Counted from the stretch's first letter, positions 34,676 through 48,302 are shown. The stretch is 64,000 bases of DNA from Paraphysomonas bandaiensis (GCA_965644295.1 CBFFRP010000297.1:372001-436000); one strand, 5' to 3'. The notes: generated from the sequence alone by a model not told the origin. Made by a program: numbers and translations.

Positions 34676-37600
34676 CTATACCTTACTCTTTTTAGGAGGT
34701 ATATTAATGCCTTCTTTATACTGCCACGCAGGATTAGCATAAAGCAGCTGAGATAAGTCTTCGTCTTGTTTGATAATGCCGGTCAAATTTCCAAACTCTA
34801 TGAAGCATACTACCGTTACTTCAGGAGTAATACATACAAGTTCAACATCGTTACAATATAACACAATATTGCAACAATACGAGAGAAACATATCCACCCA
34901 TGGCTAACATAAAAGCAGCATAAACATAATGATTCCATACCAAGAAGAGACAGCACTTGGTTATCACTCATTGCTGCAGCGAGGCGCTTCTCAAGTCGAT
35001 TACGATGGAATAAAAACTGCCTTCTAAACGGCTTCGCGCCAGTATAATCTTCCTCGCATATCACCATCAGCTCCATGAATGATTGATAGTCTAATCGTCT
35101 GCATACCCACAGTCAGACATATACACTTGAATATTTCAAACCTTTCTTTCCCTGGAAAAACATCACGAATAACTTCGTTTTTTCTGGTCATAGGGTCCTG
35201 AATAAAAGTCAGACATACAATCTCTCATGTACAAATCAAATCAGATCGTATTGCAGGCTGAATACATCTCTTATATCAACGTAGCATCGCAATTTAACAA
35301 AGTGAAGAAAACGCTGACTTAATATCTGCCTACCCTTCGCATCTCCACATCCTGCAGAAAAGCCAATGCATTGAACAAATGCTCTATATACGGCTCTTTC
35401 TTCCATATAAATTCATCTCCAAACAACCTCGTTACAGAGAGTAATGTGCACCTATAATCGATGAGTGCGGACATATTCTCAATCACATGAGATTCAATAG
35501 CTGGTAAATCATGCGACAACGGGCAAACGATATTGCTGCACATATTCTTGTCAATTTTCTTATTGCTATACGTGAGCCATTCAGTGTCATCAAGCAATTC
35601 TATCCACTTTTTATAGCAACAGACCCTTTTCTTATTGTCTAATAGGTTCAATTGCCGAATTAGAGCTGTGGAGTTACTCTTAGTGGGTGATTTCGAAGGA
35701 GACTTTATCGGCGATCGATTAGTCCTTTCAATTAATAAAGGCGACACATGAGCCCATTTAATAAACTGACACACTGCAATCGTTTTAATCTCTTTGCCTC
35801 GGAGAGGTGACAATACCCACTCATTACGTAGTCGTCTAGTGTGGTTATGCATAGCAACACAACATTCTCTAAAACATATTGTTAAAATTTCACAACATCA
35901 TGTAGCTGTACCTTAAAGCCTCAAAGTCACCATAGTCGCAATAGGAAAGAATGTTATCAAATATAGTGTCCTGTACACGTAAATATTACACCAACACACT
36001 CAGAACAGCAGTCGACAACTACAATCATAAAAATAGGAAGGCCATACAGCACCTTCATAACTGTAAAGGCCCCAACATCGTAGTTTTTGTATGGATTATA
36101 GATAAGTACACCTCCTCGGCGATATCCAACGGCAATCTTCCCATCGGATGATACAGACACTGATACTGGATACTGCAAATTGAAGAGTAAGAGAATATGT
36201 ATCATCTAGCAAAAACGATGCGAGTGCTATACCTGATCCACAGTGGGTACATCCGCAACAATTATTTCATTCGTCACAGGGTCCCTCAGAGGCTTCCCGA
36301 AAGGTGGAGCATTCGGGAAATCAAAGTACCCGGATGGAACGTCACTTTTGGGTACATGGGAGGTGAATGGCACCCCGAGAGTGTGTATGCATTGCATAGT
36401 GTGTGACAAAACCAGAACCTGTTTTGCGGAATAATCACATATACACAACTCCCCAGTTGAAGTAAATGCTACACTCGTTGGCTCACGTAACGCCACTCCA
36501 CATCCTCTCTTGTATCCACCCACGACATATGCCAATCGGACCTCAGGTACATATATGTCCGATTGCATCCACATGTACTTGAATACTTGGACACGACGGT
36601 TGTTGTAATCAACAACGGCAAACAAGACATACGGTCTTGGGTCAAGCATCTGCAAAGAGAAAAGAGTTGGTAGAGTTGGTGCGACATTACACAATAATAC
36701 AACAATAATAGCTCAATATAATATATAAGCGAAGCTCCAATAACAAAGTGCGGCACCTACTCTATATAATGCACAATACCTTCTTGAATTCTCTATAATT
36801 TCTAACCACATCCCAAACGGACCCATATTCTTTCATACGTATTCCACTACTCGTAAGCATGGCAGCAGAACCAGTTTCCTTATTCTTGATAATATTACAA
36901 CGGGCTAGAAGTCCTGTTGCCGTAATAAACGTGCAGTCAAAAGTACAAGTATTTTTTGGGCGTTGGCCAACTCGGAATCCTCCAGGGAAATTGCTGTTCG
37001 ATTTCACATTACTGTCTATTTTATCTTTCGAAGCAATACCAATATACCATTCCGGCTGAGGCACTGGCTGCGAAATGCACTTTGCATACTGAGGCATTAA
37101 ACAACAGGCCACTGAAGTAGGCCTGTCAAATTCGCCAGGAAGAATACCTGATGTTCCAAACGTGTGTAAAATATGCCCTCCTTCAGACAAAACCATGACT
37201 CGATCTGAGTCTCTTTCGCATACGCAAAAATAAGTTTTGTACCCTAAAGTAAAAGATTCGATACTTATAATATTTTCAAATACAGTTGAGCCATCTTCAC
37301 AAATACCGATTGTACGATCAACTGTCCAGTCTTCCTTATTGATATGTTTAATTGTATTCGAAATACTATCACAGACAGCGATATTTTTCGTGAAAGGAAT
37401 TGTACAGATGTCACTAAATTTCACGTCTAAGTAGCTCACGTTTTCATCAGCGTATGTGCCCGCAGTACGATAAGTTGCCTGACCTCCATCTTCATTATCG
37501 GAATCACTGTCTTGATCATTATCGTTGTGCGCTTGCAATGTAGCAATTGTCGGCACTTGATGTTTGTCACCTTCGTTGGCATTCGGAACACTATCATTTA

Positions 37601-37982
37601 AAGAATTAACTTTCTTGTCAACCTTCCCTTCTTCTAACGAATTTATAGCGGCCGGCTTGCGAAATATGTGAGCAGTGATGCCGCCCTTGACAGCCTGTAT
37701 GTGGAGACCGCCGTCACAGTCGATTACAGCCAAATTCGATTTATCCAAAAACTTCACTTTAACGGGGCCGACATACGGCGTTCCTCTATTGTCCCCAAAC
37801 AACGACAGCACTGACCTGATAGTATCATCATCACAGGCTATCATACAATCCCACAGAGGTATACACACACACCTGTTCCTCCCGACATGATAGTAATCCC
37901 TACCAATCATATCACTCAACCAGACACGATCGTATACTCACATCACGTACGCTCTGGGTGCAGATTGCCCAAAAAGAGTCAT
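34676..37982 (-). CDS. Multi-exon NHL-repeat (beta-propeller) protein with an SH2-like insert and an unknown C-terminal region
   Basis: NHL motifs IAVCDSISNTIK, CERDSDRVMVL..FGTSGILPGEFDRPTSVAC, VVDYNNRRVQVF, LREPTSVAFTSTGELCICDY, LQYPVSVSVSSDGKIAV. Start and some exon limits are inferred. Confidence 0.75.
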
Positions 37983-38044
37983 AACATAAACACACGGGCC
38001 TCAACTGTCCATACAAGTAAAAGCTACTGCAGAAACCGCTCTGT

Positions 38045-38313
38045 GTGTATGTATGTATGTATGTATGTATGTGTATGTATGTATGTATGTATGTATGTAT
38101 GTATGTATGTATGTATGTATGTATGTATGTATGTATGTATGTATGTATGTATGTATGTATGTATGTATGTATGTATGTATGTATGTATGTATGTATGTAT
38201 GTATGTATGTATGTATGTATGTATGTATGTATGTATGTATGTATGTATGTATGTATGTATGTATGTATGTATGTATGTATGTATGTATGTATGTATGTAT
38301 GTATGTATGTATG

Positions 38314-38345
<32 letters not shown>

Positions 38346-38748
38346 TGTATGTATGTATGTATGTATGTATGTATGTATGTATGTATGTATGTATGTATGT
38401 ATGTATGTATGTGTATGTATGTATGTATGTATGTATGTATGTATGTATGTATGTATGTATGTATGTATGTATGTATGTATGTATGTATGTATGTATGTAT
38501 GTATGTATGTATGTATGTATGTATGTATGTATGTATGTATGTATGTATGTATGTATGTATGTATGTATGTATGTATGTATGTATGTATGTATGTATGTAT
38601 GTATGTATGTATGTATGTATGTATGTATGTATGTATGTATGTATGTATGTATGTATGTATGTATGTATGTATGTATGTATGTATGTATGTATGTATGTAT
38701 GTATGTATGTATGTATGTATGTATGTACATAGGTAGGTAGGTATGTAT
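38045..38748. repeat. (TATG)n microsatellite, ~700 bp
   Basis: Direct reading; it explains the spurious MYVC/HTYI ORFs. Confidence 0.99.
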
Positions 38749-38834
38749 GCACACATGGCAGTTGAGTTAGCAGAAGCGCTATTGGTGAGGTGACATCGAA
38801 GCGCCGATAACGTTCAACACTCGTTGACCCAATA

Positions 38835-39569
38835 ATGAGTGATAGCGTGAGCTCTACCCCTATTCTTCAGGGATGGATGAAGAAGAAGGGTCATCTGGTT
38901 AAGAATTGGAAGGAGCGGTTTGTTGTGGTGACTGACGACAAGTTATCATACTATGTTGACGCTAAAATGACGAAAAAGAAAGGAGAAATTTCTCTGAATA
39001 AGAGCACTAGAGTATTGACGAGGGATGGAAGAACACACCCCTGGAAGTTCGGCATATCTGATGGCAACTCATTTTTAGAACTCTCAGCAGCTTCTGAGAA
39101 GGAACGAAGCCTCTGGGTGAGAGTACTGAAGGTTCATTTAGGTATTGAAGAAGGGAGGGAATATGCTCTTTCAATGTCTTCTGTTAGTCAAGATTCAGAA
39201 GTAGGATCTCTTTCATTCACGACCTTCGTTCGTGAAAACGATAAAATAGATACTTTACACTCATTGCCCCCTCAGCCAGAAAATGTATCCACGACTGATA
39301 TTAGTAATATGCAACCAGTGTTAAATGATAAACCGAATGAGCCTGCTAAAGTGAGACCCCACATAGATTTTTCTGCATGTGATTCCGATGATGATGATAG
39401 TGAAAATGAGAGTGGAAGTTCATCTGTGATAGTTTCGCAAGATAACTGTGCAGCTCCGTCTCAATTCGCTATCGTCGAGACGGGAAGTAAGACATCGCTT
39501 GAACCATCTCTAGTCGCTGAAGAGTACCTGTCACTATTACCTGACCTCGACGATTTGCTTACTAAATAG
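38835..39569 (+). CDS. PH-domain protein with an acidic, Ser-rich C-terminal tail
   Basis: LQGWMKKKGHLVKNWKERFVVV...KGEISL...LSAASEKERSLWVRVL. Confidence 0.9.
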   Translation: MSDSVSSTPILQGWMKKKGHLVKNWKERFVVVTDDKLSYYVDAKMTKKKGEISLNKSTRVLTRDGRTHPWKFGISDGNSFLELSAASEKERSLWVRVLKVHLGIEEGREYALSMSSVSQDSEVGSLSFTTFVRENDKIDTLHSLPPQPENVSTTDISNMQPVLNDKPNEPAKVRPHIDFSACDSDDDDSENESGSSSVIVSQDNCAAPSQFAIVETGSKTSLEPSLVAEEYLSLLPDLDDLLTK

Positions 39570-40593
39570 GGTATTTCAGAATTTGAATGCATTTCAAGGC
39601 TTGTACCGTCGATGTATATAACCGCGTAAATTATATAGTCTTAATGAACTTTCAAGAGTTAATGAACTTTCAGGTATGTTCAAAGTATGTTCATGTGATG
39701 GTTTGTTTGTGTGTGTGTTTGGTAAAGTAAATGGAAATTTGTTATTTACATTTCTTAATTTCATTGCGTTTTGATTTTGTGATATGGGACGATATAGAAG
39801 ATAGAAACTGTTTTACCATCTCGTATGAGGAGTGAGGAGTTAATGAACCTGCATTTCGTTAAGAAAGATTTTATACTGTGACCCCTAGCCCTGGGTTAAT
39901 TCATACCATAGAGTCACTCTAAGGGCTCTATGGCAATGAGCTGGTGTCGCACTGACGTTGAAGTTTATGCTATCTAGTTCGATTCATTTATTTAGAGTTC
40001 TAATTGCTTACAAGATATTATTACATATAGTGGTGTAATATTTTGAATTAGTACGATTCATAGTCTTTGTTATACAGGGAACTTATAAGGTATTTCATCG
40101 TAGATTATTTAGGTAATGTTCTTTTAGGGCTACATAGAAAGTTTACAAAATGGCCATAACAGCGACAATCGAAAAGGTCAGGGAAGGCTGAAGACTTACA
40201 GAAGCAGAACTGGGAATTTATTCTGGGTGTAAGGAGTAAAGAAGCAACATATTGTAAGGGAACATTCGATGGGAGAGTTTGAAATCATTATGAGTGTTAT
40301 TCTACATCAACCATCACCACAGTATGTATTGATACGACCACCAATCTGGGTTACACGAGGGAACTGAAATTCGCAGCTCTCCCACTCTATCGATTTTAGT
40401 CAATATATATTCTCAGTAGTATCTAAATAATTTTATATTAAGTAAAAGAAAATTACAGTGTATTTAAGAATATTATTATGCAGTGTTACCATTGAAAATT
40501 TGTGATCACTAAGCAATGTCCTAGTTACGTGATATACAGGGGAGAACCAGTGCAGCACTTACAGTGGCCGCATCATGAAGCACAAGTCAGAAA

Positions 40594-42004
40594 TTAGTCA
40601 TTAATCAGCTTGTCCGCATACCACACTGGATCAACGATGCAACTATTCTGTAAAGAATGGCATTCGTAGTCACCTTGCAGAACACAATTGAGCATCAAGT
40701 AAATTACTCGCAGAAGAGCTGTTACAGGCGGCGTAGAGTGACAGAGGGAAGTAATCCACTGAATTCCCAAAGCTATCATAGGGGTCACTAGAGCAATTAG
40801 CTCGATGGTCATAATTACATGACTCAAAACCCGTAAGTATGTCTGCGGATACTTGTGGGCTAAGTTAATAATACCATTCCTTTTAAATACACTGTCTGTA
40901 TTGTCATGTATTTCTGCCTTATCAATAGTGATTTTTCTAGATCTCGGAGATGCCTTTAGTTTTTTATTAGATAGTTTCTTGTGAATATCAGTCGAGTCTC
41001 GTCTCGCGCAGTAAGAATTCACTGCCTGCAAACAAAACATCATTTAGTTTACACGAGAGGGTGGTAAGGCATCTACAATAATATGCCTCATCAGTAGATG
41101 GATCTATGTGTACGTACATGTTGTAGTTTATCTAGAAAATCTGGCTCCCTTAAGAACGGGTTCCACAATAGTATCCATCCTTTAAATACTGGTAGAATGG
41201 GCACATATGTTCCTGTAAGGTATCCCATGGATGTGAATAGAAAGAAAGACAGTCCAGTAATCCATGCTACTTTTGCATCATGAATTTCGTTCATAATAAT
41301 CGCGGCAGTTACTAAAACAACATAACCTGTTGCGCCCAATGCATGCATTGAAAACGTAAAACTGAACAACGATTGCTCAATTTTTCGTTTGCCATCATCT
41401 TCTTCATATAGGTGGTGAATATCTTTAGATTCTCTCAAAAATTCAAGCAATTTGGGATTGTATTGGTTTAAATCGAACTTCAGATGTTTCTGCATTCCAA
41501 GTTTCTCCAGTAACCAACATGTGATTATGAGTTTTTCTTCTAGAAACACTGCAGAGGATACATCAACTTCAAACATACCCACTATTAGTAAGCAGAAAAA
41601 GCCCGCCTGACAGAGGGAGGCTTCAAGAAAAGTTGCATCGCCCACGGAATGCCATTTCAGTGACCCCAAAAACCCTGCTACAGCACCCATGACAAGAAAC
41701 ACTGTGAATTGCTTGTCTGAAGACGTTCCCCTGAGATGAGTTCACATATAAGTCACGTCTGAAGCAGGTGTGTAACGGGGTACCTTGGAGCGATGAATGC
41801 GCTCACACTTTTCACAGCAAAGTCTATCTTGCAAGAAGTTTTGCACCCAACCACTTGATACATCTTGTGCCTCTGCTCCATATCCACACAGTGCGGATGG
41901 AAGGCCTCACCGTCATTGTAGAGCCACATGAAGGCAGCCGCAAACAAACACCATGTTGAGCTCAGCCACAGCACACAGAGAGATATGAGCAGCTCATAAT
42001 CCAT
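40594..42004 (-). CDS. Multi-pass membrane protein of unknown function; about 4 exons
   Basis: Consecutive minus-strand ORFs with several hydrophobic segments, joined by GT-AG introns. Confidence 0.65.
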
Positions 42005-42727
42005 TGGAACGATACTTTTATTAATCCAAGTCCACTCTACACATGAGCAGCTGATAGATCTACTAGATCAATGATCTCGCTGTATATATGCATGCACACT
42101 GTACACACATATACGGCACTGTGAAGGTATGACGCACACCGACATGATATCACAAGAACACAACTGACTCAGAGAACATACCACACCCATTTGGTGTTCT
42201 GGAAACAAATCCCTAACTTTTTGCTTTTGGCTTACTATAAATTACAGTGTTCTACACTTCATCTCTCTAAAATCAGGATATATAGCATTCAACTAACCCA
42301 AAACTGTATCTTTTAATATAGCTCCGATACTAGTGCTTTACAAATGATTTTACTATAGAGCTGTATGATTGGTGGAGAGGGTTTGTGTGTCAATCATACA
42401 GCAGACTGACAGCAGAGAGCAGAGGGCGATATGACCCTACCGATACTGATGAGACACTATGATATACTGTACTGTAGCTGTATGATGCGGGATACACATA
42501 GAGCAGCAGTTGGGGTTGCTCCGTATATCGGATGAGACCCTACTATGGTGTTGGTAGACATGGCCCGGAGGTTGGGGCTGTGGTGTAGAGACAACAACAT
42601 GTCTGTGACAGTATCAGAGATATCGAGTCAACTGATAGCGTATGATGACCCGGTCAACACACAACACAAGAGAAAGAGAGAGAGTCACTGTATTATCAGA
42701 CTATAGTGAGTTTCATACAACTGCTGC

Positions 42728-43919
42728 ATGAATACAATCACAGACCGCGAGAAATATCTCTTTCTGGCTCGATTAGCCGAACAAGTGGAACGGTATGTAT
42801 ACGCTCTGATTCAGGATCATCAGATAATAAAGTATGCAATAGATATGATGTCATGGCCAGCAATATGAAGAAACTGGCTAGATGTGATGTAGAATTTAGC
42901 CCCCAGGAGAGAGGGTTGTTCTCGACTGCGTTCAAGAACCTCATTGGGCCGAAACGCTCTGCTTGGAGGGTTCTCAACGACTCCATGTCAGCTCAGGAAG
43001 ATGGAGATTACCAAAAACTGGTATTAGAGTGCAAAAGAACTATAGAAGAAGAAATAGAAACGATATGCCAAGATGTTCTCAGCACCTGTGGATACCTCCT
43101 GCACACTGTTACTACGACAGAGGGGCGGGTTTGTTTGCTCAAACTGAAAGGAGATTACTATCGTTATCTGGCGGAATTTAAAACTGGAATGGCTTTTAGT
43201 GAAGCTGTTGACTCTGCCCACGATGCATACATGTCAGCATTTACTCTAGCTGAAAAGAGTCTGTGTAAGATGAACCATGTGCGGCTTGGACTGGCGTTAA
43301 ACCTATCGGTATTCTATTTCGAAATTGTTCGTGATTGTCAGAAAGCATGCAGAATTGCCAACACTGCCTATGACGGAGGTACAGTGACTGTGTGGTATGT
43401 GCTATTGATATACTTGTTATAAACCGTATAATACCGATGTTGTTATTTAATTCTTGTTTTTTACCGTCAATAGCACTAGAAGATGTTGATATGCACCCAG
43501 AAAGGCTTGGGAAAGACTCTGCGCTGATTTTACAGCTACTCAGGGACAACATCAAACTTTGGACAGAAGTGGGAATGCGAACTCCACTCAGGTTGGCTGT
43601 TGCTTATGTATTAGTCTCGTAACACATGGAATTGAATACAGTCCTGCTGGCGACGAACCAAGTGCCACTTCTCCATCTCCGACTGCACATGGAAGAGCCA
43701 GCACATCAACAGAACCTATTCTAGTAGACTCCCCTCGATCACCAGTTCTTCATTCTACAATGGGTACAGTAGTATGCTGTAGATATTTTATATTGATCCA
43801 TATCAGGTGCAACTCCTGTTCCGAACCACTACAGCGCAGGCAGGCGAAAGAGTGGTTCGACAACGTCTCCAGGAAAATCTACGATTTATAAGACGGTTTC
43901 TCAGAGATCTCAGGGTTGA
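42728..43919 (+). CDS. Divergent 14-3-3 protein with a long Ser/Pro-rich C-terminal tail; 5 exons
   Basis: MNTITDREKYLFLARLAEQVER|YDVM, FKNLIGPKRSAWR, KGDYYRYLAE, RLGLALNLSVFYFEI, KDSALILQLLRDNIKLWT. Confidence 0.88.
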
Positions 43920-44986
43920 GGGAGCATAGAAAAACTCGATAATGTCAGAGTTTAGACACGGAATCCCTTTTATGTGCTTGAATTATGCGATTACCAGTGC
44001 ATATGTGGCAATAGACTACAGGTGCACAGTATGTTTGGCGTCGATGAAAATATGAAAATTAGATTTTTAATAATAAAGGCAACCACAGCCTACTACTAAC
44101 ATAAAATAGTTCACTAAAGCGTTAATGCTAGTGACGTGTAGCTTGGTAACTCAATGTACCGATGGAAAAATATTATCACATATTAAGAAAATACCACAAG
44201 ATTTGAGTCGGTTTATATATCATAAGTAAAAGTAATAGCTTAAGTCTCTTGACTCTTGATAGAGAATAGTACTAAATGTTGTATAACGGTATCATAAAAC
44301 AGTAATACTATGAAGATATGATAGTAATAGTATCATAAAATATAATACAAACTATATGCAGTGAGCGTAGCAGAGTTTTTAATTCCTACAGCACAATGCG
44401 TACTGAATCCAGATAATTCAAATATACAATTCGTGGATGCAAGCACATGATACTGCATACTACAAGAAATCTCATCGCCTGGAATAGGTACGCACATATT
44501 CCACATAAGAGAATGGCACGAAATAGATCCAATACTATACACTACACACTATTTCCCTCAACAAAGTCGGACTCGCACCTTTTCGTGGTGTTCTGGGGGA
44601 TAAGTACCGGAGAGATTCTCTCTATGAAAACTAACGTGAGCCGCAAACATAGTCAGCAGATATTGTTCTGCCCACTCATAGCCGAATGCTTGTGTAGTAC
44701 AAGGGACACCAGTAAGTGTTACTACTTGTGTAGACGTCTTTGGGCCCTGACGAATAAATAGGCATCCGGGAATGGGCCCACCTCAAGGGTAACCGGGGTA
44801 TTGGGCTGCCTGCTAAAGTCAAGCATCCGGTATGTTCACCTTAAGAACTCAGAGCGGAAGTGGTCGCACAATACACACTGTTCGCCCTTAGATCAGTAAA
44901 TATTGACTATTGGTCATTTTCACACAATTAAGACCGTTAAAAGAGAATATTATTGTAATCAAACTGAGTAGCCTCTTTTATTATAT

Positions 44987-45110
44987 AAGAAAGTCTGATT
45001 ATTACATGAGAACGGTTGTGTACAGAAACTAGTTTTACATCTATAGACTGACTAAGAACTGGACTTGCTATATACTACTAGTGGCGGGAAACCGCCTCGG
45101 GACGGCTTGA
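44987..45110 (-). mobile_element. Short retro-insertion of the same family as 5359-5428
   Basis: 14-bp TSD ctcttttattatat at 44973-44986 and 45111-45124. Confidence 0.8.
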
Positions 45111-45347
45111 CTCTTTTATTATATTGCATACACAATTGTGTGTTGTCAAGTATAATATTATGTCAAAAACATGATAATATATTTCGTTCATGTCAACCAC
45201 TGCTCAACTTCCGAATCTTGAATCATCATGATACAATACTTCAGTTTCACAGTTATAGCTATATAGTATCTTTGACTACGTGTTGGTGTTTTTCTCATTG
45301 TATTTAATATTTAACGTATTCTATATTCTATAGTACAATCTTAGAGA

Positions 45348-45781
45348 TATTAAGATTAACTGATTCACGTATATCCCTTAACGCGTGAATACAACATGTA
45401 TACAATAAAATATCAAATAGACTGAATAGTTACCACAAACCATATATAATACGCGACTAAGTAAACATTATGCAAACGTGGGAATTTTACGATATTTTGG
45501 GAAATTTAGGAGTATTTACAGTATTTACAATACTGCAGCAGTATAGTATAGTACAATATACCGGTATACGAGAAATACTCCTAAAAACGTGGGAAAAAAA
45601 AATCCCACGATTGCATAATGTTTACTTACTGTACAAGATACGCACAGGTGTGTGGTGCTAACGCTCTGCTCAAACGTGTCTTGCTATTGTACTATTAGGC
45701 CTTATCATTCATTCAAACTTTATCTCTAATAATACCAAGTGTATATATACTAAATATCAAGACTAGCTTTAAATCTTATTT
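45348..45781 (+). repeat. Solo LTR (TATTAAGATT...AATCTTATTT) of the 774 family
   Basis: Aligns with 774-935 + 5543-5655; near-TSD agaga/aaaga. Confidence 0.82.
45459..45627. mobile_element. MITE, 169 bp
   Basis: 25-bp TIR aagtaaacattatgcaaacgtggga (1 mismatch). 3-bp TSD act, confirmed by the empty site cgact|gtac at ~871-879. Confidence 0.9.
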
Positions 45782-46182
45782 AAAGAAACATACGTATTCC
45801 AACACTGAAATGGCATATGTTCTATATTTTCCTCTATATAATATATCGAGTTAATGAAACAGACAACTCCATTTTACATACTAAGTGGCCTCCCAAAATA
45901 GCTCTAATAGGGCATCATTCACAAGTTTTTCAAATCATAATACAGAAGACACTGTATTTTTTCATAGCACATATTCTGATTTTTCTACCATCAATACGGC
46001 ACTTTCAAGCGAACATTACTGCATCGTTTTCTGTAAAGGGTGGTTGTATAATAATGCAGAAGATAACGTAAATATAACAATGGTGGTGAATCAAAAAAGC
46101 AAAATCTTATAAATCCCAAAATTTATTGCAATATTATCCTATAGTTCCACTTACTAAATAGTCACGCTATATTCATCTGATG

Positions 46183-48150
46183 TCATATTTTTTCTAGTGC
46201 AGCTGCGCTGAGACCCTCATAACAAGTCAGATTATCAGCGTTGACGGCAAATTCATCGGCCCCTTGTGATATCAAATATTCTCCAATTTCACGGAACCCA
46301 TAGGCAAAGCAGTAATGAAGTGCGGTATTCCCCTTCTTATTCGACGCTGATATATGAGCCCCTTTCTCGACCAACATTTTGCACACCGACATATGCCCAT
46401 TCTGACAAGCTACTATAATTGGGGTGTTTCCATTAGCATCCGTCATCTCGACATCACATCCGCTTGCTAGAGCATGGCGCAGCTCAGGGATTTTCTTGTG
46501 TCTCACCCAGCTCATGAACTGATCACTATGGTGAGTTCCTGCGGCGCCCTCAACATCGACAGTAGGAATCGACAATGCTACCTCTCCAAACCGACCACTC
46601 GATAATTTTTCGCTGTGTTCACTTTCCCGATAACTTTTTATTTCTGCCCGGTTTGAATTATTTCCGCTTGAACGACTCGATGCATGGGTTGTGGAATACA
46701 CTATCTCAACTGCTTCAACCTCCTTCGCGGTCAGATATTGTTCCGTGTGCTCCCACGTACCTACGCAAAAGACCACATGCCCCCCTCCACATCGTGCCCA
46801 TTTTATGTATTTATCATTCGGTAGGTAAACAGGACACGGCCGCAAGATATTTAGAGTAGAGTCAAATGATCGTGTGTAAACGTTGTAGTAGTAGTCACCG
46901 TGGTTTGGGACAGGAGGGTTTTCAGACTCGATATAAGGCATGTCTTCCAGTGGCCCTATACCAAGCCATCCACCATCCCCATATCCCCATGTGTATAGCT
47001 CTCCATTCGTGGTATAGGCAAATGACCAGCTGGATCCGCAGCAAATATTTTCGATATCTACATTATCAGGGAACTCTACTTTACGGGGTGTGCGTATATT
47101 CATTGTACTGCCGTTGCCGCACTGACCTTCAAGGCCGTATCCCCAGCTATACACAGCCCCATCAGTCCCAATAGCTAGAGTATGAAAATCTCCAGCCGCT
47201 ATTACACGTGCAGGACGGCTACGGAAGTGCTGAATCTCATAAGGTGTAAGCTGATTTTTCCGACTATCCATGACACCGAGCCTACATATATTCTCATTAA
47301 AAGCAGTATATATAGGTATACAATTGCCGGCAATACATGGATAGCTAGTACTACATAAGATGAAATAAATAAACGCTCTGTTATGTTCACACTATTTCAC
47401 TACCACAGTACCCTACTCTATTCACTGAGAGTGCTACCGTGATACAACTCCATACCTTCCAAATCCACCAGCTCCCCAAGAATACACCCTCCCTTCAAGG
47501 GTCAGCAAACAAGTATGGTTTCTCCCACATACTAAATCCCTGGGTTGCCTGCGGCTAATATCCGTGGAGTCCACCGGCCTAGGTTCTAGGACAGACTCTG
47601 CCTTAATACCCGTGCCTGTCTGGCCGTTACGGTTGAGGCCCCACATATAGATTCCTCCAGCCTGTGTCATGACCCCACTGTGAGAACCCCCGCATACTAT
47701 CTTTGCTACTGGAGACCCAAGTTTTTTCGGGTCTAGCGAGCGAATCATGCGAGGTGAGTCCCAGGAGCTGTCATCACCTAATCCTAATTGTCCGAGATAT
47801 CCGGTGCCCCAACTGAACACATATCCACCCTCCATTAAAGCAACTATATGTTTTCTCCCGCAAGCTACTTGGATACATCGTAGTGGATGTTGCAATTCAA
47901 CCGGTGTCAAAGACGGGAAGACACATCCATTGAGTGTGCCGCATAAAGACAGCTGTCCGTCTGTCGTTAAAACCACTGAAAACTGTGTGCCGCATTGAAT
48001 ATCCTGTATATCCTCAGGCTCAAGAGCGCTGCTATCAGTGACTCCAAATCGAACAGGAACATGCGGTGGGCTGGACCGATAAGCATAACCTATTCCGAGC
48101 TGACCGAAAAAATTACAACCAGTGCATAAAAACTCATCTCGAGAGCTCAT
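46183..48150 (-). CDS. RCC1-repeat protein with C-terminal ankyrin repeats; 2 exons
   Basis: Repeated VACGxxH...YSWGxGxxGQLG motifs; ankyrin motifs GNTPIIVACQNGH and GNTALHYCF. Confidence 0.9.
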
Positions 48151-48302
48151 AATATAAGCTGACACTACACCCACACCCCACTACTAGATGATATGCTGGA
48201 AATAAATTCGTTTGCAAATCAAGACTGCGACGCTATAACACTGATTGCCCCATCCGCACCTTAATAACTAACAGACAACCACAAAGACAACACACAGAGT
48301 AA

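Larger units (their letters stand above)
44900..45804 (-). mobile_element. LTR plus gag start of the 33140 family, hosting nested insertions
   Basis: Reverse complement matches 33140-33465 once the inserts are removed; starts TGTTGGAATACG at 45804. Confidence 0.8.

Noticed and set aside
37887-38756. Long MYVC/HTYI-repeat ORFs (also 48233-48891)
   Set aside because: Artefacts of a stop-free tetranucleotide microsatellite
42440-42545. CTGATGAG motif suggesting a hammerhead ribozyme
   Set aside because: No correctly placed GAAA core or supporting helices
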